A stretch of DNA of 64,000 nt from a virus. How positions within the stretch are numbered: the first letter of the stretch is position 1; the number at the start of each line of letters is the position of its first letter. Below the pieces are notes generated by a model. The model saw nothing but the letters and a program-made list of their open reading frames with translations. It made no database searches and had not been told where the DNA came from. Positions 56,087-63,856 of the stretch are shown in pieces. The DNA is taken from positions 1-64,000 of IMG/VR virus record IMGVR_UViG_3300021420_000022. One strand, 5' to 3'. The position numbers were made by a program, and so were the translations under genes.

Positions 56087-56287
56087 ATGGAGGCAACCAT
56101 GCAAAGGATAATAGCTCAGCGCGTAGTCAACACGAAGGCGCATCTTCAAGAAGTTCTCGACCAATTTGTTCAGGACGAGGCAGACGCGATCTACATCACG
56201 AATGCGGACGGCGAGCCAGTGCTGATCAAGCTGTTTGAGGAGACCCTCACGGACGGCTCGATCGTCTACAATCTGGTGATAAGCTAA
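56087..56287 (+). CDS. Early hypothetical protein (EETLTDGS motif); SD-supported start at 56099
   Basis: Promoter/SD cassette. Confidence 0.7.
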   Translation: MEATMQRIIAQRVVNTKAHLQEVLDQFVQDEADAIYITNADGEPVLIKLFEETLTDGSIVYNLVIS

Positions 56288-56526
56288 TGACAAACCGCGA
56301 AACGTTTCTCGCAACCTATCACGAGCAGTTGCGCAACGCCATCCTGACCCACCCGGAAGAGTACGCTTACCCGGTCAGCGAGCTGGAATTCGTGTTTGCG
56401 CGCATGACCGCCGCTATCGAGCGGGGCTCGTTTAGCAAAGACTCTCCGGCCTTCCGGGCGACGTGCAAGGCCCTCGGCATCAACCACACTTATAAGGCGA
56501 TCAAGGCCTACTTGGAGGCACAATGA
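56287..56526 (+). CDS. Early hypothetical protein
   Basis: TAATG coupling; TCKALGI.HTY motif. Confidence 0.7.
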   Translation: MTNRETFLATYHEQLRNAILTHPEEYAYPVSELEFVFARMTAAIERGSFSKDSPAFRATCKALGINHTYKAIKAYLEAQ

Positions 56527-56756
56527 TCGACTTCACGATAGGCGATCTAGTCACGGTACGATTCACTAACTCTCACCGCCAATTCGAGTTTGTTGGCCGG
56601 GTTGTCGGTAAGACCAAAAATTACTGGAAGATCGAGGCGGTCACCTCGCCGTACCCGCAGGAGCAACCCGGGCGGGTCTTCCATATCCCAACGTCAGAGT
56701 CGCGGACCTACTCTGCTAACAATTGCATCGCAGGGTTCGCGCCGGAGGCACAATGA
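56523..56756 (+). CDS. Early SH3-like beta-barrel protein
   Basis: GGAGGCACAATG start; IGDLV.V...G.VV. Confidence 0.65.
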   Translation: MIDFTIGDLVTVRFTNSHRQFEFVGRVVGKTKNYWKIEAVTSPYPQEQPGRVFHIPTSESRTYSANNCIAGFAPEAQ

Positions 56757-57019
56757 AAGTTCGCGCTGGATCGAAGTACATCTTCTACCCGAACATGCTC
56801 GACCGCATAGACGGTCGCACCGAGCTCGTACCCGGCTCCATCGTGACTGTAGTCCGGATGCCTGGCTGCCCGCCGCCGAACACGATGAATCACGCGCATG
56901 TGAACTACAACGGCAGGTTCGCTGGGCTCGTCCACACTAACTCGCTCCACTCACTGAAGGACAAACAGCTCGTGATCGACGCTATTAAGCGCGATCTCGC
57001 GAAGGTGAAGCATGAATAG
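56753..57019 (+). CDS. Early hypothetical protein
   Basis: GGAGGCACAATG start. Confidence 0.65.
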   Translation: MKVRAGSKYIFYPNMLDRIDGRTELVPGSIVTVVRMPGCPPPNTMNHAHVNYNGRFAGLVHTNSLHSLKDKQLVIDAIKRDLAKVKHE

Positions 57020-57440
57020 GCGAGCGCCATTTCAGTACATCAGCTCGCGGAAGTTGCGAGCGAAAGGCGGACATCCGGACGAGTCCAACGATTGCAGCGT
57101 TCGTGCGTTAGTGAGTGCCACGGGGTTGCCCTATTCAACAGCGCATGACATTATGACAGCATCCGGACGGCCCCCAAGAAAAGGTTGGCATACAGATAAG
57201 GGCCTCAAAGTTCTCGCTGAATTGGGCGCAATCAAGTTTTCAGAAATTGATCTGGTTAATCATTGGCCGCTTAAACCCATTACGCTCAGCACTCTGTTGC
57301 GGCGTTTGCCAGTCGGTCGCTATGTCTGCCATACTTGTGGTCATGCTTTTGCCTTGATTGATGGGGTGGTTCACGATAACCGCGCTCCCGGCCTTAATAC
57401 TCGGATTGAGCAATGCTGGAGAATCGAGGAGGTAAAATGA
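57012..57440 (+). CDS. Putative papain-like peptidase-fold protein
   Basis: NDCSVRAL...GHAFALIDGVVHD (C/H/D). Confidence 0.65.
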   Translation: MNRRAPFQYISSRKLRAKGGHPDESNDCSVRALVSATGLPYSTAHDIMTASGRPPRKGWHTDKGLKVLAELGAIKFSEIDLVNHWPLKPITLSTLLRRLPVGRYVCHTCGHAFALIDGVVHDNRAPGLNTRIEQCWRIEEVK

Positions 57441-57601
57441 TAGCTTGGCTTTTGTCAAAACTGTTTCCGCCGAAGGAACCGATCTATCACGTGTACCGGC
57501 GCGAGACCAAAAAGATTCCGATCCGCAACCCGTGGGTCGAGGGATTCCACGCCGACGACTTCAAGGACGCGGACTCCTTTGGTCTGGAGTTATTCAAATG
57601 A
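57437..57601 (+). CDS. Small hypothetical protein
   Basis: SD GAGGAGG; ATGA coupling. Confidence 0.55.
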   Translation: MIAWLLSKLFPPKEPIYHVYRRETKKIPIRNPWVEGFHADDFKDADSFGLELFK

Positions 57602-57720
57602 AATGCACAGCGGCGGATATGCGCGGGCAGGAATGCAAGCCGGTCGAAGGTAAGTACGATGGGAAGCCGCAGATGTATTGTGCGCGCTGCGGGAGGAAGG
57701 TAAACGATGCGACGAAGTGA
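57598..57720 (+). CDS. Small Cys-rich peptide
   Basis: SD GGAG; ATGA coupling; CARC. Confidence 0.45.
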   Translation: MKCTAADMRGQECKPVEGKYDGKPQMYCARCGRKVNDATK

Positions 57721-57913
57721 GCCGTTGCCTGAGTGGCCGGAGCGAAAACATCATCTGAATCGCAAGAAGCACACCGTCCGATGGTGCAAGGGTGTCGTTG
57801 GCCGTGAGCATATCACGAAACAAGTCCCGTGGCCTGCAGCTCCGAGGTCAGGGTGGATTGTTGATCTATGTTTGCGATGCGGTAAGCAGTTAAATTTACG
57901 GAGACCGAAATGA
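57707..57913 (+). CDS. Small zinc-binding protein
   Basis: WCKG...H...CLRCGK. Confidence 0.55.
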   Translation: MRRSEPLPEWPERKHHLNRKKHTVRWCKGVVGREHITKQVPWPAAPRSGWIVDLCLRCGKQLNLRRPK

Positions 57914-58101
57914 AGTCGTGGTATAAACCCGAGCGCCGAATATTTTTCTTCTGGCGTCGTTGTTTCTGCGGCGGCCTCATCTGGCCGCTCACTAGGTATC
58001 ACTGGAACTCGCAAGGCGAATTGAAACCAAATAAACCCCGGCCCGATGTCTTCAGCAAGCACGACAGCGGATCGGACCCAAGGAGGCAGTATGATTTTTG
58101 A
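57910..58101 (+). CDS. Small hypothetical protein
   Basis: ATGA coupling. Confidence 0.45.
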   Translation: MKSWYKPERRIFFFWRRCFCGGLIWPLTRYHWNSQGELKPNKPRPDVFSKHDSGSDPRRQYDF

Positions 58102-58345
58102 TTTGCATCTGACAGAAGGATTTCGTGGCGTCACGGTACGACCTTTAACGAGCAAAGGTTTCTCTTTCGTATTCAACGAAATTGAAACAACGATAGTCGG
58201 CGCTCGAAATCTGTACGATGAGGCTATCGAACGAGACCTGCACGTCTCATTTGAGACCGCCGCAACGCGAGACTTGATCACTGGAGGTGGGCGATACAAG
58301 CAAGCGTTGCAGGACCCCCACGCTGACCCGGAGGCTGCGGTATGA
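58091..58345 (+). CDS. Hypothetical protein
   Basis: SD AGGAGG. Confidence 0.6.
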   Translation: MIFDLHLTEGFRGVTVRPLTSKGFSFVFNEIETTIVGARNLYDEAIERDLHVSFETAATRDLITGGGRYKQALQDPHADPEAAV

Positions 58346-58551
58346 AACATCTCAAAGCAAAGTCGGTCGACATCACAATCCCGACTTGTAAGCCTGTCGA
58401 TTATCAAATTGAGCAGGCCGTTGAAGCAATCGGACAGCTCGCACTTCGAGGTAAACTGGACTACTGCGCGAAGTGCGGGCATCGTCAGGGATACATTTTC
58501 TATGCCGCCGAAGTGCGAGAAGTCCTTCGAAAGTTGGTGAGTCATGAGTGA
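58342..58551 (+). CDS. Small hypothetical protein
   Basis: SD GGAGG; ATGA coupling. Confidence 0.55.
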   Translation: MKHLKAKSVDITIPTCKPVDYQIEQAVEAIGQLALRGKLDYCAKCGHRQGYIFYAAEVREVLRKLVSHE

Positions 58552-58711
58552 AGACAGTATCAAGCCGGGCTACAGCGACCACGTCTGCCACTTCTGCGGT
58601 AAGCGTGACGCGGGCTACCTCCGCCCTGTGGATGTCACGAAGCCGCACGGAAAATATTTCGACGCGTGCGAGAAGTGTGCGCGCAAAGCTTTTGAAGGAG
58701 AAAAGAAATGA
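58544..58711 (+). CDS. Zinc-finger peptide (55 aa), absent from the ORF track
   Basis: CHFC...CEKC. Confidence 0.55.
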   Translation: MSEDSIKPGYSDHVCHFCGKRDAGYLRPVDVTKPHGKYFDACEKCARKAFEGEKK

Positions 58712-58857
58712 CACGTCCACTGTTTGAAATTTGGCAGGACGGCGAGAACTGGCACGCACAAATGAAGAACTATGTCGCAACATTCGGATCGAAAGGCATG
58801 GCGGAGCGTTACGTCGCCGCCATAAAGAAAATGGCAGAACAGAATAAAAAAGCTTGA
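58708..58857 (+). CDS. Small hypothetical protein (49 aa), absent from the ORF track
   Basis: SD AAGGAG; ATGA coupling. Confidence 0.55.
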   Translation: MTRPLFEIWQDGENWHAQMKNYVATFGSKGMAERYVAAIKKMAEQNKKA

Positions 58858-58887
58858 CAAACTTTTCGGATTCTGATACAGAATCCG
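58854..58887 (+). promoter_or_regulatory. Promoter with a palindrome over the -10 region
   Basis: TTGACA at 58854; CGGATTCTG-ATA-CAGAATCCG 9-bp arms at 58867-58887. Confidence 0.55.
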
Positions 58888-59250
58888 GTCTCGGGGTCGC
58901 CGCGACCTAATAGGTCGACCGTTTAATCCGAGAAAACCAAGACGCGGCCACGGCGGAGAGCGGTAAGTCGGCAACCAGCGAAAACAATCAGCTGCTCCCG
59001 ACACCGTGGATCAAAGCGAAGGGCCGCGCAGAACCGGCGATGAAACCTTAACTGGGGTTAAAAGTCCCTCAGACGTTGCTAGAGGTACCCCGCTTACGTG
59101 GCGGAATGGCGCAACGTTGGATGCAGGTTAGAACCCTGCCTTCGCCTTATTTTTGGCAGTCATGCACTTGCTACGCGAACAGCACCCACGTAAGTCCGAG
59201 CGCGGTGGGGCGCGTAGCGGGCCAAAGGACTAGGGTCTGATCAACCCTTG
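58885..59250 (+). ncRNA. Candidate structured ncRNA (multi-domain, includes a tRNA-like mini-element)
   Basis: No credible ORF; at least 10 complementary stem pairs, mostly nested; downstream of a promoter. Confidence 0.6.
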
Positions 59251-59254
59251 GTGC

Positions 59255-59767
59255 GTGATTGCCAAACGATTTGGGCCTAAAAATTCATGGGGTAAACTGA
59301 TGGATCGTCGCGCATCGCATCTGAAACTTTATAATCTCACGGTTACTGAGTGGGACCTTATTGACGCCTTCCAGAACCATGTCTGCGCAATCTGTCATCG
59401 GCCTAACAAATCTGGCAAACGCCTCAGTACAGACCATTCTCACATCACCGGCATAATTCGCGGATTGCTGTGTCAACGTTGCAATCGAATTCTTGGAAAG
59501 ATCGAAGACCCTCGATTTTGGCGTGAAAATACGATAGCGTTGTTGCGCGCCGCCGCTGACTTTCTGGAGCACTTCCCGGCAGTTCTGGCTCTGGGCCGAG
59601 AAATTTTTACTTACCCCGGTAGGTTGGGGACTAAAACCCACCGAGCTTGGCTGCGAAAGAAAATTCGCGTTGTAACTCCGGCATCTATTAGGACGGAGAG
59701 GGATGGAAGAAACCTTAAAAGCACTACTTCCCACAGGCGGTCTGCCTTACCCGGGCGAAGACTTTAA
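59255..59767 (+). CDS. Endonuclease VII-like HNH nuclease (alternative start ATG at 59300)
   Basis: Q..VCAIC...LSTDHSHITG.IRGLLCQRCN.ILG. Confidence 0.88.
   Translation: MIAKRFGPKNSWGKLMDRRASHLKLYNLTVTEWDLIDAFQNHVCAICHRPNKSGKRLSTDHSHITGIIRGLLCQRCNRILGKIEDPRFWRENTIALLRAAADFLEHFPAVLALGREIFTYPGRLGTKTHRAWLRKKIRVVTPASIRTERDGRNLKSTTSHRRSALPGRRL
59662..59693 (+). promoter_or_regulatory. 32-bp element (copy 2), putative late promoter
   Basis: Identical to the reverse complement of 51745-51776; followed by an SD and the ATG at 59703. Confidence 0.6.
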
Positions 59768-59873
59768 GGTAAAATGCCCAGATTGTCTACAGTTACCAGA
59801 GGGACGAAAATTGTGTCCTAAGCATTCGGAAGCATTCCGAAAGACGAGGAAGCATGATATTGCCAAGTCTTGA
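59703..59873 (+). CDS. Small zinc-binding protein (56 aa), absent from the ORF track
   Basis: SD GGAG; CPDC...CPKH. Confidence 0.5.
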   Translation: MEETLKALLPTGGLPYPGEDFKVKCPDCLQLPEGRKLCPKHSEAFRKTRKHDIAKS

Positions 59874-60555
59874 CAGCTACATCAAATGGGTTAAGGCCCA
59901 TGAGAAGTTAGTTATCATTGCTGTTTTAGTTCTTTTCGGTCTCCATGTTTACGACTCAGCGCGCCGAGCGTACGTCGATCACCTCAAACGTCAGGACGAT
60001 GTCGCCGCTATGACGGCGCAGGCGTCCAGCCTTCAAAACGTTCAAACCCAAGAACAGCTGGTCGATCTAAAGAAGACGGTCGACGCCCAGATAGCCAGCC
60101 TGAAAGCCGCTGACGCTCAGCGCGCTATCGATACCCAGAAACAGAAACAAGCCGACGATGTCCTCGGCGGGCAACAACTTGCTGCGCGATTGCAGTCTTT
60201 GCTCAATGTTAATCCCGGTGACGTAACGTGGTCCCCAACTCCGGGCACTGTTGTATTCAGTTTGCCAGCAGCGCACGATGTTGCGGATGTCGTTGACGAC
60301 AAGAACAAACTCACTGCGGACGTTCAAAGTTTGCAGACGCAACTGAACGATGAGAATTCGGTGCTTGTGAAGCAGACTGACGCGATAGTTTCGGCGAATC
60401 TCGCTCTCGCTGATGAGAAGAAGTATCACGCTGCCGACGTGAAGTTGTTGAATGAAGAAATGAAAAATAAGTGGCGCAAAGGATTCAAGTGGGGAGTCAT
60501 CGCAGGAACGGTAGGGACCGTAGTCGTGGAAAAGATTTTTCACGTCAACCTGTGA
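59854..60555 (+). CDS. Spanin-like membrane-anchored coiled-coil protein
   Basis: N-terminal TM helix, long coiled coil, C-terminal hydrophobic segment. Confidence 0.55.
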   Translation: MILPSLDSYIKWVKAHEKLVIIAVLVLFGLHVYDSARRAYVDHLKRQDDVAAMTAQASSLQNVQTQEQLVDLKKTVDAQIASLKAADAQRAIDTQKQKQADDVLGGQQLAARLQSLLNVNPGDVTWSPTPGTVVFSLPAAHDVADVVDDKNKLTADVQSLQTQLNDENSVLVKQTDAIVSANLALADEKKYHAADVKLLNEEMKNKWRKGFKWGVIAGTVGTVVVEKIFHVNL

Positions 60556-60566
60556 TGGGGGCTCCT

Positions 60567-62192
60567 ATGAGCGCTCGAACGAATGAGGAGCGAGTCACTC
60601 CTGAAGTGATTCTCGCTACCTATGAGAAGAACGCCGGAAACGTGCGTGCGACGGCGAAAGAACTAGGGATAGGTCGGTGGACAGTGTTGAGAAACGTTCG
60701 CAAACTCGGTCAGGGCAAGAAGCCAATCGCAGCGGGTTCGATCACTGGGGTCGAAGCTAAACCTGCCAAGCTCCCAAAGAACGGACAGATCAAGCGATAT
60801 ATTCTCACCTCTGCACAAAACAATACTTACGTCTATGATAAAGTCTGGGATAACATTCTCGCGCTTGCAAAGTTTTATGATGCCGAGATTCTCGTCGGCA
60901 CTTACTCCTACAACCAAAACGCGTTCGGCGAGCTCGCCGTCAAGCGCGGTAAAGCGAAAAAGCAAGAAAAAGAACTCTGGTACGACCCGAAGTTAAAGGA
61001 TTATTTTTGTGATCACCGCAAACAACTGGCGAACGGTCTCGTATGGTGTGGGGAGTATAACGCGCTGCCCACAGCAGTCAACCCCCTCGCCGGTCTCGAA
61101 TCGTACAGCGGACGCCAGTCAGCCATCTTTCCGCATGCCAAGCTGGCGATGCGGTCTATCGCTACGATGCAAGACGCCGGAACGAAGCTGAACTACACCA
61201 CAGGCACTGTGACCGAGAAGAACTATATTCAGAAACGCGCCGGAACCATTGCAGAGTTTCACCACGTGTACGGCGGTCTCCTAGTCGAAGTCGATCACGA
61301 GGGTCACTGGTGGGTGCGGCAGTTGAACGCTGACACGGACACCGCCGACATTCAGGATTTGGACGTACTTGTTCACGACGGCGTCGTTACGACCGGCAAT
61401 CGAGTCGAAGCCATCACGTGGGGCGACATTCACGCGACGATTATCGATGAGAAGGTTGTGGACGCGTCGCTCAGTATGTTGGACACTCTCAAGCCAAAGT
61501 ATCAGTTCTTCCACGACGTTCTTGAGGGCTCCTCGATCAATCACCACGTCAAAGACAATCCGCACTTCAAATTCTATAACTGGCTTCGAGGTCTCCATCG
61601 TGTCGAGGAAGAACTGAAGCGCACGGCAGCGGTGCTCGACCGTTACGCCCGTCCGAATACGAAAGCCGTAGCCGTCGATTCGAACCATGACGACCCGTGG
61701 ATTCAGCGCTGGCTTCGTGATCATGATTTCAGGAAGGACCCAGCGAACGCGGAGTTATATCTTGAGGCGCAGCGGTACATGTACCGGCAGCTTCGTGAAG
61801 GAAAAAATTCTGGAAAGCTGCCTCGCGATATCAACATGGCGGCGTGGGCCTTGCAACATTTCGGCGGGCTCAAGTCTGATATTCAGTTTCTCATCGCCGA
61901 TCAGAGCTTCTTTATTTGCGGTGACAAGATCGAATGTGGTATGCACGGGCACCTCGGGCCGAACGGACGTTATGGTTCGCCTGAGAATTTGTCGAAGATG
62001 GGACGCCGGTCGAATACCGCGCACACTCACTACGCTGGAATCTACGACGGCCTGTATGTGGCCGGAACGTCGACAAAGTTTCGCTGGGACTACAATCGAG
62101 GGCCGTCGAACTGGACACACAGTCACATAGTAACCTACCCGAACGGTAAGCGAGCGATTGTCACAATTTATGCAGATAAGTGGAGGGCTTAA
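60567..62192 (+). CDS. T5 A1-like metallophosphoesterase/DNase with N-terminal HTH
   Basis: TSAQNNT, NYIQK.AG, WGDIHA, PKYQF.HDV, SNHD, DPANAELY, ECG.HGH and HTH motifs, as recalled for T5 A1. Confidence 0.85.
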   Translation: MSARTNEERVTPEVILATYEKNAGNVRATAKELGIGRWTVLRNVRKLGQGKKPIAAGSITGVEAKPAKLPKNGQIKRYILTSAQNNTYVYDKVWDNILALAKFYDAEILVGTYSYNQNAFGELAVKRGKAKKQEKELWYDPKLKDYFCDHRKQLANGLVWCGEYNALPTAVNPLAGLESYSGRQSAIFPHAKLAMRSIATMQDAGTKLNYTTGTVTEKNYIQKRAGTIAEFHHVYGGLLVEVDHEGHWWVRQLNADTDTADIQDLDVLVHDGVVTTGNRVEAITWGDIHATIIDEKVVDASLSMLDTLKPKYQFFHDVLEGSSINHHVKDNPHFKFYNWLRGLHRVEEELKRTAAVLDRYARPNTKAVAVDSNHDDPWIQRWLRDHDFRKDPANAELYLEAQRYMYRQLREGKNSGKLPRDINMAAWALQHFGGLKSDIQFLIADQSFFICGDKIECGMHGHLGPNGRYGSPENLSKMGRRSNTAHTHYAGIYDGLYVAGTSTKFRWDYNRGPSNWTHSHIVTYPNGKRAIVTIYADKWRA

Positions 62193-62677
62193 TGTCTGAG
62201 GGAGCGCTGAACCCATATTCTGATATTATTGAGAAGCTACGTAACGTTGCGGCTGATGCGGACGGTGCTGACCTCCGGGCCTTGGCAGCACAGATCAGAA
62301 CTCAAGTGCCGGAGAGCAATAATCCGAAGGATCGTATTGGGCAAGCTAAGGTATCTCTCACAAAGATACCGGGTGTAGCGTTACTTCATGAAGCAAAAGC
62401 CATGATGAATGGCGCGAGTCGTTACGGAGCGTTCAATTGGAGGGATCACAGCGTACTTGCTTCAATCTACGTTGACGCTGCGCTTCGTCATTTGTACTCA
62501 TGGTTTGAAGGGGAAGAAGAAGCTCAGGACAGCGGAGTCCATCATCTCGGGCATTTGCGGGCGTGTACAGCAATTCTTCTTGACGCGCAGGCAACGGGAA
62601 ATCTAGTTGATGATCGCCCGAAAAAAGGAACTTTTATTTCGGTGCTATCGCAGTTGAATGAGCAGGTTAAGAAATGA
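62192..62677 (+). CDS. dATP/dGTP diphosphohydrolase-like protein (DUF5664)
   Basis: NPKD..G..K, GA.RYG.FNWR, AALRHL..W.EGEE..DSG.HHL.H. Confidence 0.85.
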   Translation: MSEGALNPYSDIIEKLRNVAADADGADLRALAAQIRTQVPESNNPKDRIGQAKVSLTKIPGVALLHEAKAMMNGASRYGAFNWRDHSVLASIYVDAALRHLYSWFEGEEEAQDSGVHHLGHLRACTAILLDAQATGNLVDDRPKKGTFISVLSQLNEQVKK

Positions 62678-63171
62678 ATCGTTTGCGTCGCTGTCGGGAA
62701 TGCAAGAAGAGGAAATCTCTGCGAAGCTTTAGTCTTGATCGTGGGAAGCCGAGACGAATTTGTAAAAAGTGTGCGTCTGACAAACAATCCGAGCGATACG
62801 CTGGTCAGGGCGCTGCTGGGCGAAAAAGAGTTTTGAAAAATTGGAACGCATTTTTTCGGAGAGACCCAGCTCGTGCGCGATTTAATCTTTCAAAGTCGGC
62901 GGCAAAGCAATCTGGTCATCAGTGGCAGTTGACTCTTGAGCAGTACCGTCGTTTGAACGCTCTTCCTTGCTATTATTGCGGCGGTGTTTTACCGGAGAAG
63001 GGCCGAGGTCTTGATCGGAAGAACAATGCCGAAGGTTATACTTTGAGAAATGTTTTGCCATGCTGTACGGTTTGCAACACCCTTCGTTCGGATAACTTTA
63101 CAGTTGAAGAAACTAAAGTAGCAGTTGACGCTATTCAACAACTGAGGAAACAGAAAGGATTATCAAAGTGA
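62674..63171 (+). CDS. HNH endonuclease
   Basis: CxxC N-terminus; PCYYCG...GLDRKNN..GY...NVLPCC..CN. Confidence 0.85.
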   Translation: MNRLRRCRECKKRKSLRSFSLDRGKPRRICKKCASDKQSERYAGQGAAGRKRVLKNWNAFFRRDPARARFNLSKSAAKQSGHQWQLTLEQYRRLNALPCYYCGGVLPEKGRGLDRKNNAEGYTLRNVLPCCTVCNTLRSDNFTVEETKVAVDAIQQLRKQKGLSK

Positions 63172-63686
63172 ACATCTATCTTGCAGCAGCATGGTCTCGT
63201 CGCGGAGAAATGAAGGACCTCGCTGCAGTTTTGGAGAAGATAATCCCCGATCTGATTGTAAATTGCCGCTGGATCAAAGAAGACCCGACACCGGCAGGAA
63301 ATCTTTTGTTTCTTCACAAAAATATGGACGCGATTAGGTCTATTCGAGCGAAGCAAGATCGCGAAGACATCTATGCGTCCGACCTTCTGGTGAGATTTAC
63401 GGACGATCTAAGTTCAAAAATGGTGTCGGCTCGCTTGGCGACCGGTTCCCGCATGGCGGAGATGGGGATGGCTCTCACGCGAGGTATTCCGGTCATCGTG
63501 GTAGGCGGCAAGCAATGCATCTTTGACTACTTGCCGGAAGTTCAGCATGTTAAGAACGTGGCCTCCCTGAAGCGACTTCTACGAAAGATTCAAAAAGCAG
63601 ACGGAGGTGACGTACGCCATACATCACGCAAACGGCTAGAGAAATTGTTGAGGAAGATGGGCTCATCGAAAATAGTGGTGAACTGA
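63168..63686 (+). CDS. Nucleoside 2-deoxyribosyltransferase-like protein
   Basis: IYLAA, D..DI..SD and G...EMG.A...GIPV motifs. Confidence 0.75.
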   Translation: MNIYLAAAWSRRGEMKDLAAVLEKIIPDLIVNCRWIKEDPTPAGNLLFLHKNMDAIRSIRAKQDREDIYASDLLVRFTDDLSSKMVSARLATGSRMAEMGMALTRGIPVIVVGGKQCIFDYLPEVQHVKNVASLKRLLRKIQKADGGDVRHTSRKRLEKLLRKMGSSKIVVN

Positions 63687-63856
63687 ACTACGCGTTCACC
63701 CAAGTGATCCGGAAGTACCTTGAGTTACACGGGACGAGTTACAGCCGATTCAATGATGTGATCGGAGCTCTTGAAGGCGCGAAGCTAGAATTCTATCGTC
63801 GTGTGGTAACCCCATACGAAGATGAAAAAATCAAACAAAATGGAGACGTGTACTAA
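63614..63856 (+). CDS. Conserved small phage protein (MPYI...GELNY...KLEFYRR...PYED.KI..NGDVY; DUF6899-like) with apparent ACG start
   Basis: SD GGAGGTG, then ACG-CCA-TAC-ATC; in-frame TGA just upstream. Confidence 0.65.
   Translation, partial: TPYITQTAREIVEEDGLIENSGELNYAFTQVIRKYLELHGTSYSRFNDVIGALEGAKLEFYRRVVTPYEDEKIKQNGDVY

Noticed and set aside
59100-59147. Functional tRNA gene
   Set aside because: Only about 47 nt with no anticodon arm; reported as a tRNA-like element instead
58885-59767. Group I intron carrying the endonuclease
   Set aside because: No interrupted host gene, and no correctly ordered P7 elements recognised
62192-62677. Firm call of a Z-base genome
   Set aside because: DUF5664 alone is not diagnostic; no PurZ is present in the window
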